The notes under the pieces are model-generated. The model was not told where the DNA came from. It made no database searches and saw only the letters and a program-made list of their open reading frames with translations. A stretch of DNA of 55,977 nucleotides from a virus (taxonomy: Duplodnaviria > Caudoviricetes): IMG/VR virus record IMGVR_UViG_3300009180_000048, positions 1-55,977 of that record. One strand, given 5' to 3'. Below, piece by piece: positions 10,485-19,774 of the stretch. Each line of letters begins with the position of its first letter. Positions within the stretch are counted from its first letter, which is position 1. A program made the translations under genes and the position numbers.

Positions 10485-11312
10485 ATGGGGTTAGCACGTT
10501 CGACGGTTAGGAATTTCACATTGCCTATAGGATACTTACACAACGGGGTAAGATACAGGGAGATAGTGTTATCGGAGATGACAGGAAGCGATGAGGACGT
10601 AATGGCATCGGAGATGAATGACGAAATGAAGTACGCGACGATCATAGCAGCGCGTTGCAAGGGATTTATTGGGGAGGGAGCGCCAACAGCGATTAACGTA
10701 TCGCAGGCAATGACATTACCCATCCCAGACAGAAACTACATTATGATCTGTTTACGTGTATTGACAGCGGGGGAGATGTATCACATTAAGGTAAAATGTC
10801 CTAAATGCGAGCACCAATTCAAGGTACATCAGGATTTGACGAAGCTTGAGGTATTTCCTTTAACGGATAAACCGATGACCTTTGAGCTTAGGACGGGTAG
10901 AAAGGCAACGGCTAAGATTCCGACATCATACGACGTACAATGGATTACGGGCTTTATGAAAAAGCTTGGGATTAAGGCTAACCCATCGGTGCTAACGGTT
11001 ATGTTTATAGAATCGATAGATGTAGAGCATCCCGGCCCTACAAATACCACTAATCCAGAGGATATTCTGCTTGTACATGAGCCGATATCACACGATTTGA
11101 AGGATGCTAAGAAGGTATATTCGTTTATGCAATCGCTTGTTATGACAGAGCGGGACGAGATACGTGATTATGTGAAATCGCTTGGTGGTGATTACGATAA
11201 GACGCTTATTATTACATGTATTACACACCCTGATTATTCTGGTGAGGGATGTGGCTATGAGTTTACGGAGCAATTGTCGGTAGACGCAAGTTTTTTTTAT
11301 CAGAGGGAATAG
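10485..11312 (+). CDS. Tail assembly chaperone / T4 gp26-like baseplate assembly protein
   Basis: MTGSDED, DRNYIMICLR, CPKC; directly before the tape measure; T8 slippery run near the end. Confidence 0.75.
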   Translation: MGLARSTVRNFTLPIGYLHNGVRYREIVLSEMTGSDEDVMASEMNDEMKYATIIAARCKGFIGEGAPTAINVSQAMTLPIPDRNYIMICLRVLTAGEMYHIKVKCPKCEHQFKVHQDLTKLEVFPLTDKPMTFELRTGRKATAKIPTSYDVQWITGFMKKLGIKANPSVLTVMFIESIDVEHPGPTNTTNPEDILLVHEPISHDLKDAKKVYSFMQSLVMTERDEIRDYVKSLGGDYDKTLIITCITHPDYSGEGCGYEFTEQLSVDASFFYQRE

Positions 11313-11461
11313 GGTCGCTTGAGATTTTAGAGCACCACGAGACGGAGTTTATGTGGGCGCTACAAGTACCGCCACAGGTTATACGAGATATGCCTATTAG
11401 CCGCCGCAATAGACTATTCAAGGCGATGGACATGAAGAACCGTGGCCAGAAGTCATTCTGA
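11291..11461 (+). CDS. -1 frameshift extension of the chaperone (G-T / GpE-E' type)
   Basis: T TTT TTT at 11291-11297; -1 frame open to TGA 11459-11461 (..EFMWALQVPPQVIRDMPISRRNRLF..). Confidence 0.7.
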   Translation, partial: FFLSEGIGSLEILEHHETEFMWALQVPPQVIRDMPISRRNRLFKAMDMKNRGQKSF

Positions 11462-11489
11462 TTAATTCCATCTAAAGCCTTCACCAATC

Positions 11490-11530
11490 AAGCCTTAGGA
11501 AATCGATTTCCTAAGGCTTTTCTGTTTTTT
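11490..11530 (+). terminator. 30-bp perfect palindrome centred on GGAAATCGATTTCC, followed by a T-rich tail
   Basis: AAGCCTTAGGAAATCGATTTCCTAAGGCTT. Confidence 0.65.
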
Positions 11531-11563
11531 GAAGGAAGCAGATAAAGGAGATACAGGGTTCAG

Positions 11564-14500
11564 ATGGATATAGGCGCATCATACATTTTTAATGCGATAA
11601 CGCGCCCTTTTGTAAAAGGGATGGACGCAGCGCGTAAAGCCCTTGGAGGTTTTACTAAATCTAACGATACAGCGGGTGATGCAGCCAGAGCGGCGGCAAA
11701 GAAGCTTGAAGAAGAGAAGAAAGCATTAGACAATGAGAAGATAGACAAGGCCAGAGGTAGATTAGATTCGTTGAAGACAACGCTTATGGGATTGAACCTT
11801 GTTAGTTTATCGGACATAGAGGGAAGGGTATCGGGATTTGTAAATTCGCTTGGTAATTCAGGGGGAAGCGGGTTTACGAGTGGTTTAGCCCGCATGGGAA
11901 TGGATTTTGACAAAAGCTTTGCGGGTATGGCGGCTAAAGCGGGGATATATGGTAAGGCACTAAGGTCAGAAGAGAAGAAGATATTTAGTGCTGCTTATGG
12001 TCTTAATGCAGATGCGAATTCTTTAGGTGAGAATTATTTAGGCTTGAAGAAAGCCGGGGTAGCGATAGACGATTTGGGATTGAGTTTACAAGACTTGGTA
12101 AGAGTAACGGAGGTAACGGGGCTTAGTGGAGAGCAGTTAGGGGCGATATTTACAGATTTGACCAGGGGCTATGGGTTTACGACGGAGAGTGCGCGTAAAT
12201 TTATGGATACGTTTACGCAGCAGGTAACGGCTCTTGGAATGGGAGCAGAAGCTTTTGGGAGCATAGACGATATCTTTAAGAACATGGATGAGAAGTTTGT
12301 ATTGACACTTAAATCGGAGGGGCCTGCTGAAGCAGAGAAGGCGTTAAGCTCTATTACACGATTAGCGAAGGGAATGACGGATGCGTTAGGGGGAACGTTA
12401 CAGGATAACATAACGGGCGCAACGCAATTGTTTTCTAAGTTGCAGGATGAGGCAAACGTACTCCCTACGATGATGGCGGGTATGGACGCATCCTTTGGTG
12501 AATTAGCAACACAATTAGGGGTTACATTACCGGGTGGCTTTAACGAGGCAATGGCAGCGATTAAAGCGGGTTCCGAAGATCCGTTAGAGTTTGCGAAGAA
12601 CATAGCCAAGATGGGCGCAGAGATAAAGGCGGTAGGTGGTCCTCAGGCATCGCAGCTTATGTTAAGTATGAGTAAGACGCTTACAGACGAGTTAGGACCG
12701 AGCTTTGCATATTTATTCCAGTCGGGAATGAAAGGTGCAGATGCGCTTGCGGCAGTCCAGAAGCCCATTGAAGGTGGTATCAAGAGCTTAAAGGAGCTTG
12801 GGAAAGAGGGGTATAGAACGGGTCTATCGACAGACGATAGCTTACAGAGGATTAAGGATGGTTTTGAGGCAACATGGAAGGGGATAGCATCGACTACCAG
12901 GGATGGGCAGACAAAACAAACAAATGATGCAAACCTATGGGTAAAGACACAGAGAGAGAGCTATAGTGAGCTTGGAAAGTCGCTTAAACAGGCAGCATCG
13001 GGTAAAGGTGTGCCTATACTAACAGAACAGATGAAGAACCTTGGCATATCCAGTGAAAATATAGAGGTAGCTAATGGTTATTTAGGTAAGTTTACGCATT
13101 CACTTTCGCTTTACCAGGCTGGTGGATTATCTGCTGCATTTCAGCCATTTGTAGGGGAGAAGGGGGTATTTGGTAAGATAGCGAAGTTTGCAACGGAATC
13201 GACACCGATGTTATCGTTTTTAGACAGTTTTGGACTGAGCTTAGACGATATTATTGCGCCTATTACTGGGATAACGGGGGGTATAACGGCGCTTATATTT
13301 GCTGTGCCATCGGTCATAGAGGTATTTTCGCAGTTGGAGGCAGCTTTTACATTTTTTGAGCCTGCAATGCTTGCCTTAGAGGCATTTGGAGGTTCATTTA
13401 TAACATTATTAGGCGGTCCAGAGATAGCGATAGCGATAGGTGCATTGGGTGCGATTGCTGTAGCGTTAGGAGGGATAGCGATAGCATCAGGTCTTTCAGA
13501 CAAGGCATTAGCGGGTGATTTTGGGCCTACCATTCAGGGCATTGCAGAGAAGGCACAGGGTTTTGCCATGGAGGCAGCCGCTGCGATAACAACTGGATTA
13601 TTTGATTTTAAGGACTGGGCAAAAGCATTTAATGCCGATGAGATAACGAAATCGATTACCGACACGCTCAATGGAGCATTAGACGGGGTAGAGAAATGGT
13701 TGAACACGCCCACCAATTCGCTATTTTTAGATTGGATTACAAGAATAGTAATTCCTGCCCTATACGATATAGGGACTATATTAGTTCCAAAGCTATACGA
13801 TATCTTAGGGAATCTGCCAATTGGGGATATCTTTCAGCGGGTTGGTTCCCTCTTAGGGAAGGGATTTAATATGGCGTTAGACACGATTATAGAATTTGGT
13901 ATTAATACGTTATCTAATCCAGGGTTTTGGAGTGGCATATTCTCATTCTTACTATGGGGTCTTACAACGGCCTTTAAGAACATGGCTAAGGGTATGATAA
14001 TGCCCTTACAGTTTTTGTTTGGATTTTTATCGGAGACGATACCAGCCACTGCTGGTAGGTTTTTGGACGGGCTATCATGGGTTTTTGAGCAAATAAAGCC
14101 GATGTTGGTTTCATACTTTGAGCAAATAAAGCCGACGTTGGTTTCATACTTTGAGAACCTTACTATCGGGGATGCGCTTAAGACATTTTTTAATTGGTCC
14201 CCAATGGGAATGGTCTACAATCTTCTTAAATCGATTACCGACTATATTGGAGCGTACTTATCCTCTCCAGAGAATCTAATGAAGGTAGCAGAAGCCTTTA
14301 ACTTTTTGTTTAGCGGGATCTCATTAGAGGACATAGGAACCGTTCTTAACGGGGTACTTACATTCTTTAGTGGTATATTTTCGAGTGATGGAAAGCTTAG
14401 CGAGAAGTTTAACGAATTCCGCGCCTGGGCTGCTGAAGCGTTTAGCTCTTTGTTCAGCGGGATCTCATTAGAGGACATAGGAACTGTCCTTAACGGGGTG

Positions 14501-15262
14501 CTTACGTTCTTTAGTAGTATATTTTCGAGTGACGGAAAGCTTGGCGAGAAGTTTAACGAATTCCGCGAAATGGTAGCAGAAGCCTTTAACTACGTCAAGG
14601 AGACATTTATCAGTTCTGTTGCTTCATCTATTCCATTGTTTGGAACACTCTTTACCTTCCTTAAGGTAGGCTTTAATTTATTAGGCACGAATGCCAGTGA
14701 AGTATTTATGAAGGTCAAGACGAGCATTCTTACTGCTTTTATGGAGGTAATGAATTATCTTGACAATACGTTTACATGGTTAGAGGAGACATTTACGTGG
14801 ATAGGTGCTACGATCTTAGGTGTGCTTGTGGGCGTTAGTTTAGCGGTAATGAATAATATGACGGCGCTGAGTACGACGATTCACAGCGTATTTGACGAGA
14901 TTATATTATTCTTTTTGAACGCCTGGGATAAGGTAAGCCTCGCATTCAAGGATAGCGGGGTATTGGGAGCGGTTAAGGCGATAGGAGAGGCAATAGGCAT
15001 AGGGGATAAGGAAGCCCCCACCTTGGCTACACCAGAGCAAGTAATTGAGGCAAAGAAGACGGAAGCACTAACAGAGGTACAGTTATTAGCGAAGGGTGAC
15101 GCACGTTCTATCATACAGGTGCTCTTGAACGAGGGGAGAAGGAATAGGGAGGCATTAGGGGAGATAAGAGACAAGATACAGGTGATTCCATCACCAATGA
15201 CGAGACCTGGCTCCCCGAAACCTACTGGTGACGGTACATCTGGTACATTGGGCAATAGGTAA
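11564..15262 (+). CDS. Tape measure protein
   Basis: 1232 aa, Ala/Gly-rich helical, hydrophobic central part, Phe/Trp-periodic repeats; follows the chaperone. Confidence 0.9.
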   Translation: MDIGASYIFNAITRPFVKGMDAARKALGGFTKSNDTAGDAARAAAKKLEEEKKALDNEKIDKARGRLDSLKTTLMGLNLVSLSDIEGRVSGFVNSLGNSGGSGFTSGLARMGMDFDKSFAGMAAKAGIYGKALRSEEKKIFSAAYGLNADANSLGENYLGLKKAGVAIDDLGLSLQDLVRVTEVTGLSGEQLGAIFTDLTRGYGFTTESARKFMDTFTQQVTALGMGAEAFGSIDDIFKNMDEKFVLTLKSEGPAEAEKALSSITRLAKGMTDALGGTLQDNITGATQLFSKLQDEANVLPTMMAGMDASFGELATQLGVTLPGGFNEAMAAIKAGSEDPLEFAKNIAKMGAEIKAVGGPQASQLMLSMSKTLTDELGPSFAYLFQSGMKGADALAAVQKPIEGGIKSLKELGKEGYRTGLSTDDSLQRIKDGFEATWKGIASTTRDGQTKQTNDANLWVKTQRESYSELGKSLKQAASGKGVPILTEQMKNLGISSENIEVANGYLGKFTHSLSLYQAGGLSAAFQPFVGEKGVFGKIAKFATESTPMLSFLDSFGLSLDDIIAPITGITGGITALIFAVPSVIEVFSQLEAAFTFFEPAMLALEAFGGSFITLLGGPEIAIAIGALGAIAVALGGIAIASGLSDKALAGDFGPTIQGIAEKAQGFAMEAAAAITTGLFDFKDWAKAFNADEITKSITDTLNGALDGVEKWLNTPTNSLFLDWITRIVIPALYDIGTILVPKLYDILGNLPIGDIFQRVGSLLGKGFNMALDTIIEFGINTLSNPGFWSGIFSFLLWGLTTAFKNMAKGMIMPLQFLFGFLSETIPATAGRFLDGLSWVFEQIKPMLVSYFEQIKPTLVSYFENLTIGDALKTFFNWSPMGMVYNLLKSITDYIGAYLSSPENLMKVAEAFNFLFSGISLEDIGTVLNGVLTFFSGIFSSDGKLSEKFNEFRAWAAEAFSSLFSGISLEDIGTVLNGVLTFFSSIFSSDGKLGEKFNEFREMVAEAFNYVKETFISSVASSIPLFGTLFTFLKVGFNLLGTNASEVFMKVKTSILTAFMEVMNYLDNTFTWLEETFTWIGATILGVLVGVSLAVMNNMTALSTTIHSVFDEIILFFLNAWDKVSLAFKDSGVLGAVKAIGEAIGIGDKEAPTLATPEQVIEAKKTEALTEVQLLAKGDARSIIQVLLNEGRRNREALGEIRDKIQVIPSPMTRPGSPKPTGDGTSGTLGNR
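14084..14155 (+). repeat. 33-bp tandem duplication in the tape measure (FEQIKPxLVSY x2)
   Basis: Near-identical DNA copies. Confidence 0.85.
14287..14590 (+). repeat. 144-bp (48-aa) tandem duplication in the tape measure
   Basis: AGCGGGATCTCATTAGAGG at 14312 and 14456. Confidence 0.9.
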
Positions 15263-15287
15263 ACCTACAATGGGCAATAGGTAAACA

Positions 15288-15593
15288 ATGAAAAGCACGG
15301 TAGACAGGAATTCATGGTGTTTCTTTTCGGACATATACGAGAGCAAAGATGGAGGGAGATACCAGACATTATCGGTATTTCCTAAAATATTGTCTCAACC
15401 GGATGACATTCCATATATAACGAGATATGGGGATAGGTGTGAGGCGTTATCGCTTCGGTTTTACGGAGAACAGCGTTTATGGTGGGTTATTTTAGTTGCA
15501 AACAACCTAAACGATCCCCTTGTAGATTTTGTTCCTGGGACAGAATTGATAATTCCATCAGTACGCTACGTAAGAGATAAGATAATTCGGTAA
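15288..15593 (+). CDS. LysM / tail-X / gp53-like baseplate protein
   Basis: GDRCEALSLRFYGEQRLWWVILVANNL..PGTELIIP. Confidence 0.85.
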   Translation: MKSTVDRNSWCFFSDIYESKDGGRYQTLSVFPKILSQPDDIPYITRYGDRCEALSLRFYGEQRLWWVILVANNLNDPLVDFVPGTELIIPSVRYVRDKIIR

Positions 15594-15622
15594 TCGATTT
15601 CCATACTCATAAGGAGACATGC

Positions 15623-16198
15623 ATGCACATTACAGCACTTTCTTTAGCTTTTGCTAATGATATTAGAGACAATAAAGAGTTTCATTTTTACATGAAACGG
15701 TTGTTTTCCACTCTTATCGGAAGGGAAAAGGTTTGTAGTTGCCTCACCTTTAAAAACGGCGCAACGTTAGCCTCATTAGCATTTGGGGACAAGATAGATT
15801 TAGAGACAGAGAATTGCATATTCATGCCTGTATCGACGGATAGGGCGATAGGGATATTGTCGCAGCTTTTTGGATGTGAACCAATGAATATCGTAGCGAT
15901 GACAATCCCGCTCATGCTTGCTGACCATGAGGACGCAAAGAATCACAGATTACACATAGGGTTATATGAGGATCCAAGTAACTCTTTCAATGAAGCACTT
16001 TTGCAGATTTACTACTCATATTATTTGGGCCTTAAGAGGCAGAAGCAGGCTGTGGATACATCCACAGAAGATAGCTCCACAGAAGATACCTCTATAGAGA
16101 GCACCAAACCCACAGAAACCCAACTTACAGAATCTAAACCTGCACCATTTGAGAGGATACCTAATTTCGCTAAGCCTATCAATGAGCTATGGGACTGA
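15623..16198 (+). CDS. Hypothetical protein
   Basis: AAGGAG SD; S/T/E-rich tail. Confidence 0.6.
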   Translation: MHITALSLAFANDIRDNKEFHFYMKRLFSTLIGREKVCSCLTFKNGATLASLAFGDKIDLETENCIFMPVSTDRAIGILSQLFGCEPMNIVAMTIPLMLADHEDAKNHRLHIGLYEDPSNSFNEALLQIYYSYYLGLKRQKQAVDTSTEDSSTEDTSIESTKPTETQLTESKPAPFERIPNFAKPINELWD

Positions 16199-16207
16199 TG
16201 TGTAGCT

Positions 16208-16269
16208 CTGTAAATAGCTTGTAAAGAGAATAGCCGGTGATAGATAATCCTCCTATCACCGGCTATGTT
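16208..16269 (+). promoter_or_regulatory. Class F promoter with an inverted repeat spanning the spacer and -10
   Basis: CTGTAAA 16208, TTGTAAA 16219, TATGTT 16264. Confidence 0.65.
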
Positions 16270-16291
16270 GTTTTTCGACAGGGAGACAGTC

Positions 16292-16636
16292 ATGCTGAAT
16301 GAATTATTGAATGATGACGATTTCGATCAAGATCTTTTGGATTCCATACGCAAATTTGAGAGTGCTTATGGAGCGCCCATAGGTACTACCCCATCGGGCT
16401 ATGATGCTCTCAAGAGAGCCATTCCATATCTTTGTGGCTACGCACTTAGTGCGAGTATTGCATTGGATACCGATGTGCGGGTTACATTTGGGGATGGGAA
16501 ATGCTATGTAAGCCCGGATCTGACGGTAGAAATCTCATTTAAGACTGATGTTCACCGGATTTCCTCGCCAGAGGATGTAGGGATTTTGTTTAGGGATTTT
16601 GTTGAGGCATGGCCAAGATTCCAGCCTTATCACTGA
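16292..16636 (+). CDS. Hypothetical protein
   Basis: GGGAG SD before ATG 16292. Confidence 0.6.
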   Translation: MLNELLNDDDFDQDLLDSIRKFESAYGAPIGTTPSGYDALKRAIPYLCGYALSASIALDTDVRVTFGDGKCYVSPDLTVEISFKTDVHRISSPEDVGILFRDFVEAWPRFQPYH

Positions 16637-16672
16637 AATCGATTACATCACCTTAATTGGTTGAGATTGAGC

Positions 16673-16734
16673 TTGTAAACCGTTTGTAAAGCATGATGGA
16701 AATCGATTTCCATCTATCCTCAACAGGGTATGTT
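16673..16734 (+). promoter_or_regulatory. Class F promoter, palindrome in the spacer
   Basis: TTGTAAA 16673 and 16684, TATGTT 16729. Confidence 0.7.
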
Positions 16735-16757
16735 TCAAAAATCAAAGAGAGGTTCAA

Positions 16758-17153
16758 ATGGACAATGTTTCTACCGAGCCAGTATGGACCGATGAGCAAT
16801 GGATCGCCTATGCCACTATTGGCAACTCGGTATTCGACGGAGTTGGAGATTCTGGCGCAGCCCGCTATGATCGCTTATTGCGGTTTATTCCACTACTTCT
16901 TGCTTCACGGTTTGAGGCTGGATCAGATGGTTCCAAAATTGACCTTGCATACGTCACCCGTCTCTCATTCCGGCCACGCTTCAGCGTCCATAACGGATAT
17001 GCGCTGATTGAATGGGGAAGTTGGAATCCTTGCATTATCTTTCCAACCTCCCTTAAAGGGGAGCCGGAAAACAAAGAGGAAATTTCAGATCTTGAGAACG
17101 ATGCAGCCCGATTCTGGCTATCGGGACAGATGCTCTGTCCGGGTTGCCGGTAG
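16758..17153 (+). CDS. Hypothetical protein
   Basis: GAGG SD; downstream of promoter. Confidence 0.6.
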   Translation: MDNVSTEPVWTDEQWIAYATIGNSVFDGVGDSGAARYDRLLRFIPLLLASRFEAGSDGSKIDLAYVTRLSFRPRFSVHNGYALIEWGSWNPCIIFPTSLKGEPENKEEISDLENDAARFWLSGQMLCPGCR

Positions 17154-17206
17154 CTTATCAAGGGGAGTACCACCAACATTACGAGAGCGCAGAATTAAAA
17201 GAGAAG

Positions 17207-17260
17207 CTTGCAAGCTCTTGACATCTCTTTAAGGCCGAAGTCCGGCTAACCGGTTAATCT
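17207..17260 (+). promoter_or_regulatory. Class R promoter: CTTGCAA-N4-TTGACA-N31-TAATCT
   Basis: Same geometry as the 35347 and 38191 promoters. Confidence 0.55.
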
Positions 17261-17278
17261 GTAGAAGAGGGAAGGAAG

Positions 17279-17785
17279 ATGAGATCAATTACCCGATTGA
17301 TAGAATCGAAATCATCCTTTGAAATCGATTACCGTAAGAAATCGTATGGAACGCCTATACGGTCTGCCTTCACCATTAGAGCTAAATCTGTACCTCAAAT
17401 TATCTCCTCTGATGAGGACGCCCCAACGGGCTTCATTCAAGAAGTGATTGATGAGGAGGTACGTGATCATAAACGTAGGGTCACTGGTACATTTAAAGTT
17501 CTCTGTAGAGCACCAGAGTTTGTAACGCTTCGATGGGAGATTGGAGCGGTAGACCATGACAATCCACCGATGCCGCCAGCCCTTATACGAGATCCTGACC
17601 TTCCTATTGAGGTAGAGACATATTCAACCCGCATAGATGGAACAGCAACAGGGGTATCTTATGATATGGGCTATACAGCCAGTTTTTTACTTAACCGAGA
17701 AGGCATTACCAGATTCTCGGTTAATGAAGGAAAGACAACGGTAGAGCAGGTATACCGTGTTTCCATATCGCTTACAATAGATTGA
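17279..17785 (+). CDS. Hypothetical protein with capsid-targeting-like N-terminus
   Basis: MRSITRLIES. Confidence 0.6.
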   Translation: MRSITRLIESKSSFEIDYRKKSYGTPIRSAFTIRAKSVPQIISSDEDAPTGFIQEVIDEEVRDHKRRVTGTFKVLCRAPEFVTLRWEIGAVDHDNPPMPPALIRDPDLPIEVETYSTRIDGTATGVSYDMGYTASFLLNREGITRFSVNEGKTTVEQVYRVSISLTID

Positions 17786-17810
17786 TAATTTCTTCACTTC
17801 AGAGGTAAAA

Positions 17811-18230
17811 ATGATTCCAGTAACTATCATGTGCTACACGGTGCGCCCGGTCGATTATGAACCTATTGATCGGGTATTTACGGTATACCCACTTACAGAG
17901 TGCGCGCAACAATGCTACTCACTTAAAGCCATTCAAAGGACAGGAATTATCCCTGTATCCGGCTATAGGGTAGGAAAGAATTGTCTTCCGCATTCATGGT
18001 ATCTTGAATATATCCGCTTGTTTGAAGCGGATCACCAAGTTATTGTTAGTGGCCGTCCTGATCCTCGGACACGCGATAGGGCACTTATCATCTTTAAGGA
18101 TGATATAGAAGAATGGATAAATAAGTATTGTCCTAATTCAAATCGTACAGAGGATAAATGGTTTGATATGCCAACCCAAACCGACTACGATTTCCTTTAC
18201 GTTATTATTGGTGGTAATAATGCCACTTGA
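17811..18230 (+). CDS. Hypothetical protein
   Basis: GAGGT SD. Confidence 0.55.
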   Translation: MIPVTIMCYTVRPVDYEPIDRVFTVYPLTECAQQCYSLKAIQRTGIIPVSGYRVGKNCLPHSWYLEYIRLFEADHQVIVSGRPDPRTRDRALIIFKDDIEEWINKYCPNSNRTEDKWFDMPTQTDYDFLYVIIGGNNAT

Positions 18231-18472
18231 TACCATGTCGTTCCGACTATCTCATGTCTAAAAAATACCCGCGATCACCTACAATTCACATTGTAGATTG
18301 GCCCGATTACAATCGGATAGACGATGAGGAGCGTTTAGCATTATGTTGCGCTAATCTTAATCGTGCCGAACAACTTAGGGTGCCGCTCTCTAACTCTGTA
18401 GAGAGCACTTGTACAAGATGCCTCCAATTATGTCTTATTGGAATGGAAGCATTTGAGATACCAACTGAATAA
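18227..18472 (+). CDS. Small Cys-containing hypothetical protein
   Basis: Fills the gap in the operon; start uncertain. Confidence 0.45.
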   Translation: MIPCRSDYLMSKKYPRSPTIHIVDWPDYNRIDDEERLALCCANLNRAEQLRVPLSNSVESTCTRCLQLCLIGMEAFEIPTE

Positions 18473-18487
18473 AGCTTAGGAGTCAAA

Positions 18488-19330
18488 ATGATGCAATTCA
18501 TGACCCATGAGGGTTTAACCCTACGTGCGCCTAAAGAGTTTAGGCGTAACTTCACAGATGAAGTTCTGACGGTACAGCAGGGATTTCTTTTTGATCCCAC
18601 GACTGTCAATACTCGGTCTACAGCAATGGCATGGGCGTCCAGTAGCACCTATGAGACGCGGGTATCGGAATTGCGTTTCTACAGGGCAATAGGACAGACG
18701 GATCGTTCAGAGAGTCATGCACAAGTATGGTATGTATTAGACCAGAGCAACGATACATATTTTGATTTAAGAGAGGAGGAATTTCACTGGCTATTCTTTA
18801 ATGGCCTAATCAATAACGACGGGTCGATTACGCGCGGTATGCGATGGGCTAAAAACGGGTCACAATATCGCCTAATCCCAGAAGGCTCACCAGAGTATGT
18901 TAAGTGCATGGCCCAGCCTATCGTAGACACATGCTTGTCCGAAGGTGAGAAATCGATTTCCGTGAGGTACATCCAATTCGGAAAGACCTATAAGGATGCA
19001 AGTGGAGCCCTATACAGGATTAAACGGGTTCAGGTTACATACCCGGATCATAAGTTTTATCGTGGTTTCCACACTTTAGTACAAGTGCAGCAGGTGCTCT
19101 TGTATCAGAGAGTCCGTAAACCGGTATATGAGGTATATAGCTGGGATCACCCTTATGCACCGCCCACCCTGGCAAATAGATCACGTAAAGAGGGGCTAAC
19201 GTTATCGGACACTGAGTTAACGGATACGAGCTTCTTTGAGCCACAGCTTATCCCGATCTTTTGGGATACAAGGTACTATAAGCCTGAAGATTACCCACCT
19301 GCCCCTACTGTTATCTTTTTAGAGGATTAG
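18488..19330 (+). CDS. Hypothetical protein
   Basis: AGGAG SD; 280 aa. Confidence 0.65.
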   Translation: MMQFMTHEGLTLRAPKEFRRNFTDEVLTVQQGFLFDPTTVNTRSTAMAWASSSTYETRVSELRFYRAIGQTDRSESHAQVWYVLDQSNDTYFDLREEEFHWLFFNGLINNDGSITRGMRWAKNGSQYRLIPEGSPEYVKCMAQPIVDTCLSEGEKSISVRYIQFGKTYKDASGALYRIKRVQVTYPDHKFYRGFHTLVQVQQVLLYQRVRKPVYEVYSWDHPYAPPTLANRSRKEGLTLSDTELTDTSFFEPQLIPIFWDTRYYKPEDYPPAPTVIFLED

Positions 19331-19331
19331 A

Positions 19332-19685
19332 ATGTCATCGAATATGTATGGATTTACGTGTGATTTCTTTTGGGAGGGACGCCAGGGCGACTGCCAAATT
19401 GTATATACCGATACTTGGGAATACGATCCATACTCATTAGGGCGGGTATTAGATCAATGGGAAACAAACGATCCAATCGAATTAGCCAAGTACGAGATTA
19501 AGCATCGTGATTGGAGTAAGCCATCGGAATCAGTAAGGATTTGTGTATGGTCTGTGATCGTCTATTACCTCGACACCGATCCAGGCGATCACACCTTTAA
19601 ACCTCCTACACCAACAGAAAGGGAGCTTCTGGAGCTAATAGCCAATGGAGAGGCGCAGAATTTCGTACATGGATGGGATACCTAA
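19332..19685 (+). CDS. Hypothetical protein
   Basis: Coupled to the previous gene. Confidence 0.55.
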   Translation: MSSNMYGFTCDFFWEGRQGDCQIVYTDTWEYDPYSLGRVLDQWETNDPIELAKYEIKHRDWSKPSESVRICVWSVIVYYLDTDPGDHTFKPPTPTERELLELIANGEAQNFVHGWDT

Positions 19686-19774
19686 TGGACAAAGCAAGGT
19701 GCGTAACTTGTGACAAGGTTGTAGATGTTCTCGTATACTATAGATCGGAAATCGATTACCGGTTATAGCATTTC

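Noticed and set aside
14287-14590. 144-bp repeat as a diversity-generating retroelement TR/VR pair
   Set aside because: In-frame tandem copies, differences not adenine-specific, no reverse transcriptase in the window
16693-17232. Alternative + strand ORFs 16693..17007 and 17008..17232
   Set aside because: They overlap the SD-supported 16758..17153 gene and promoter elements
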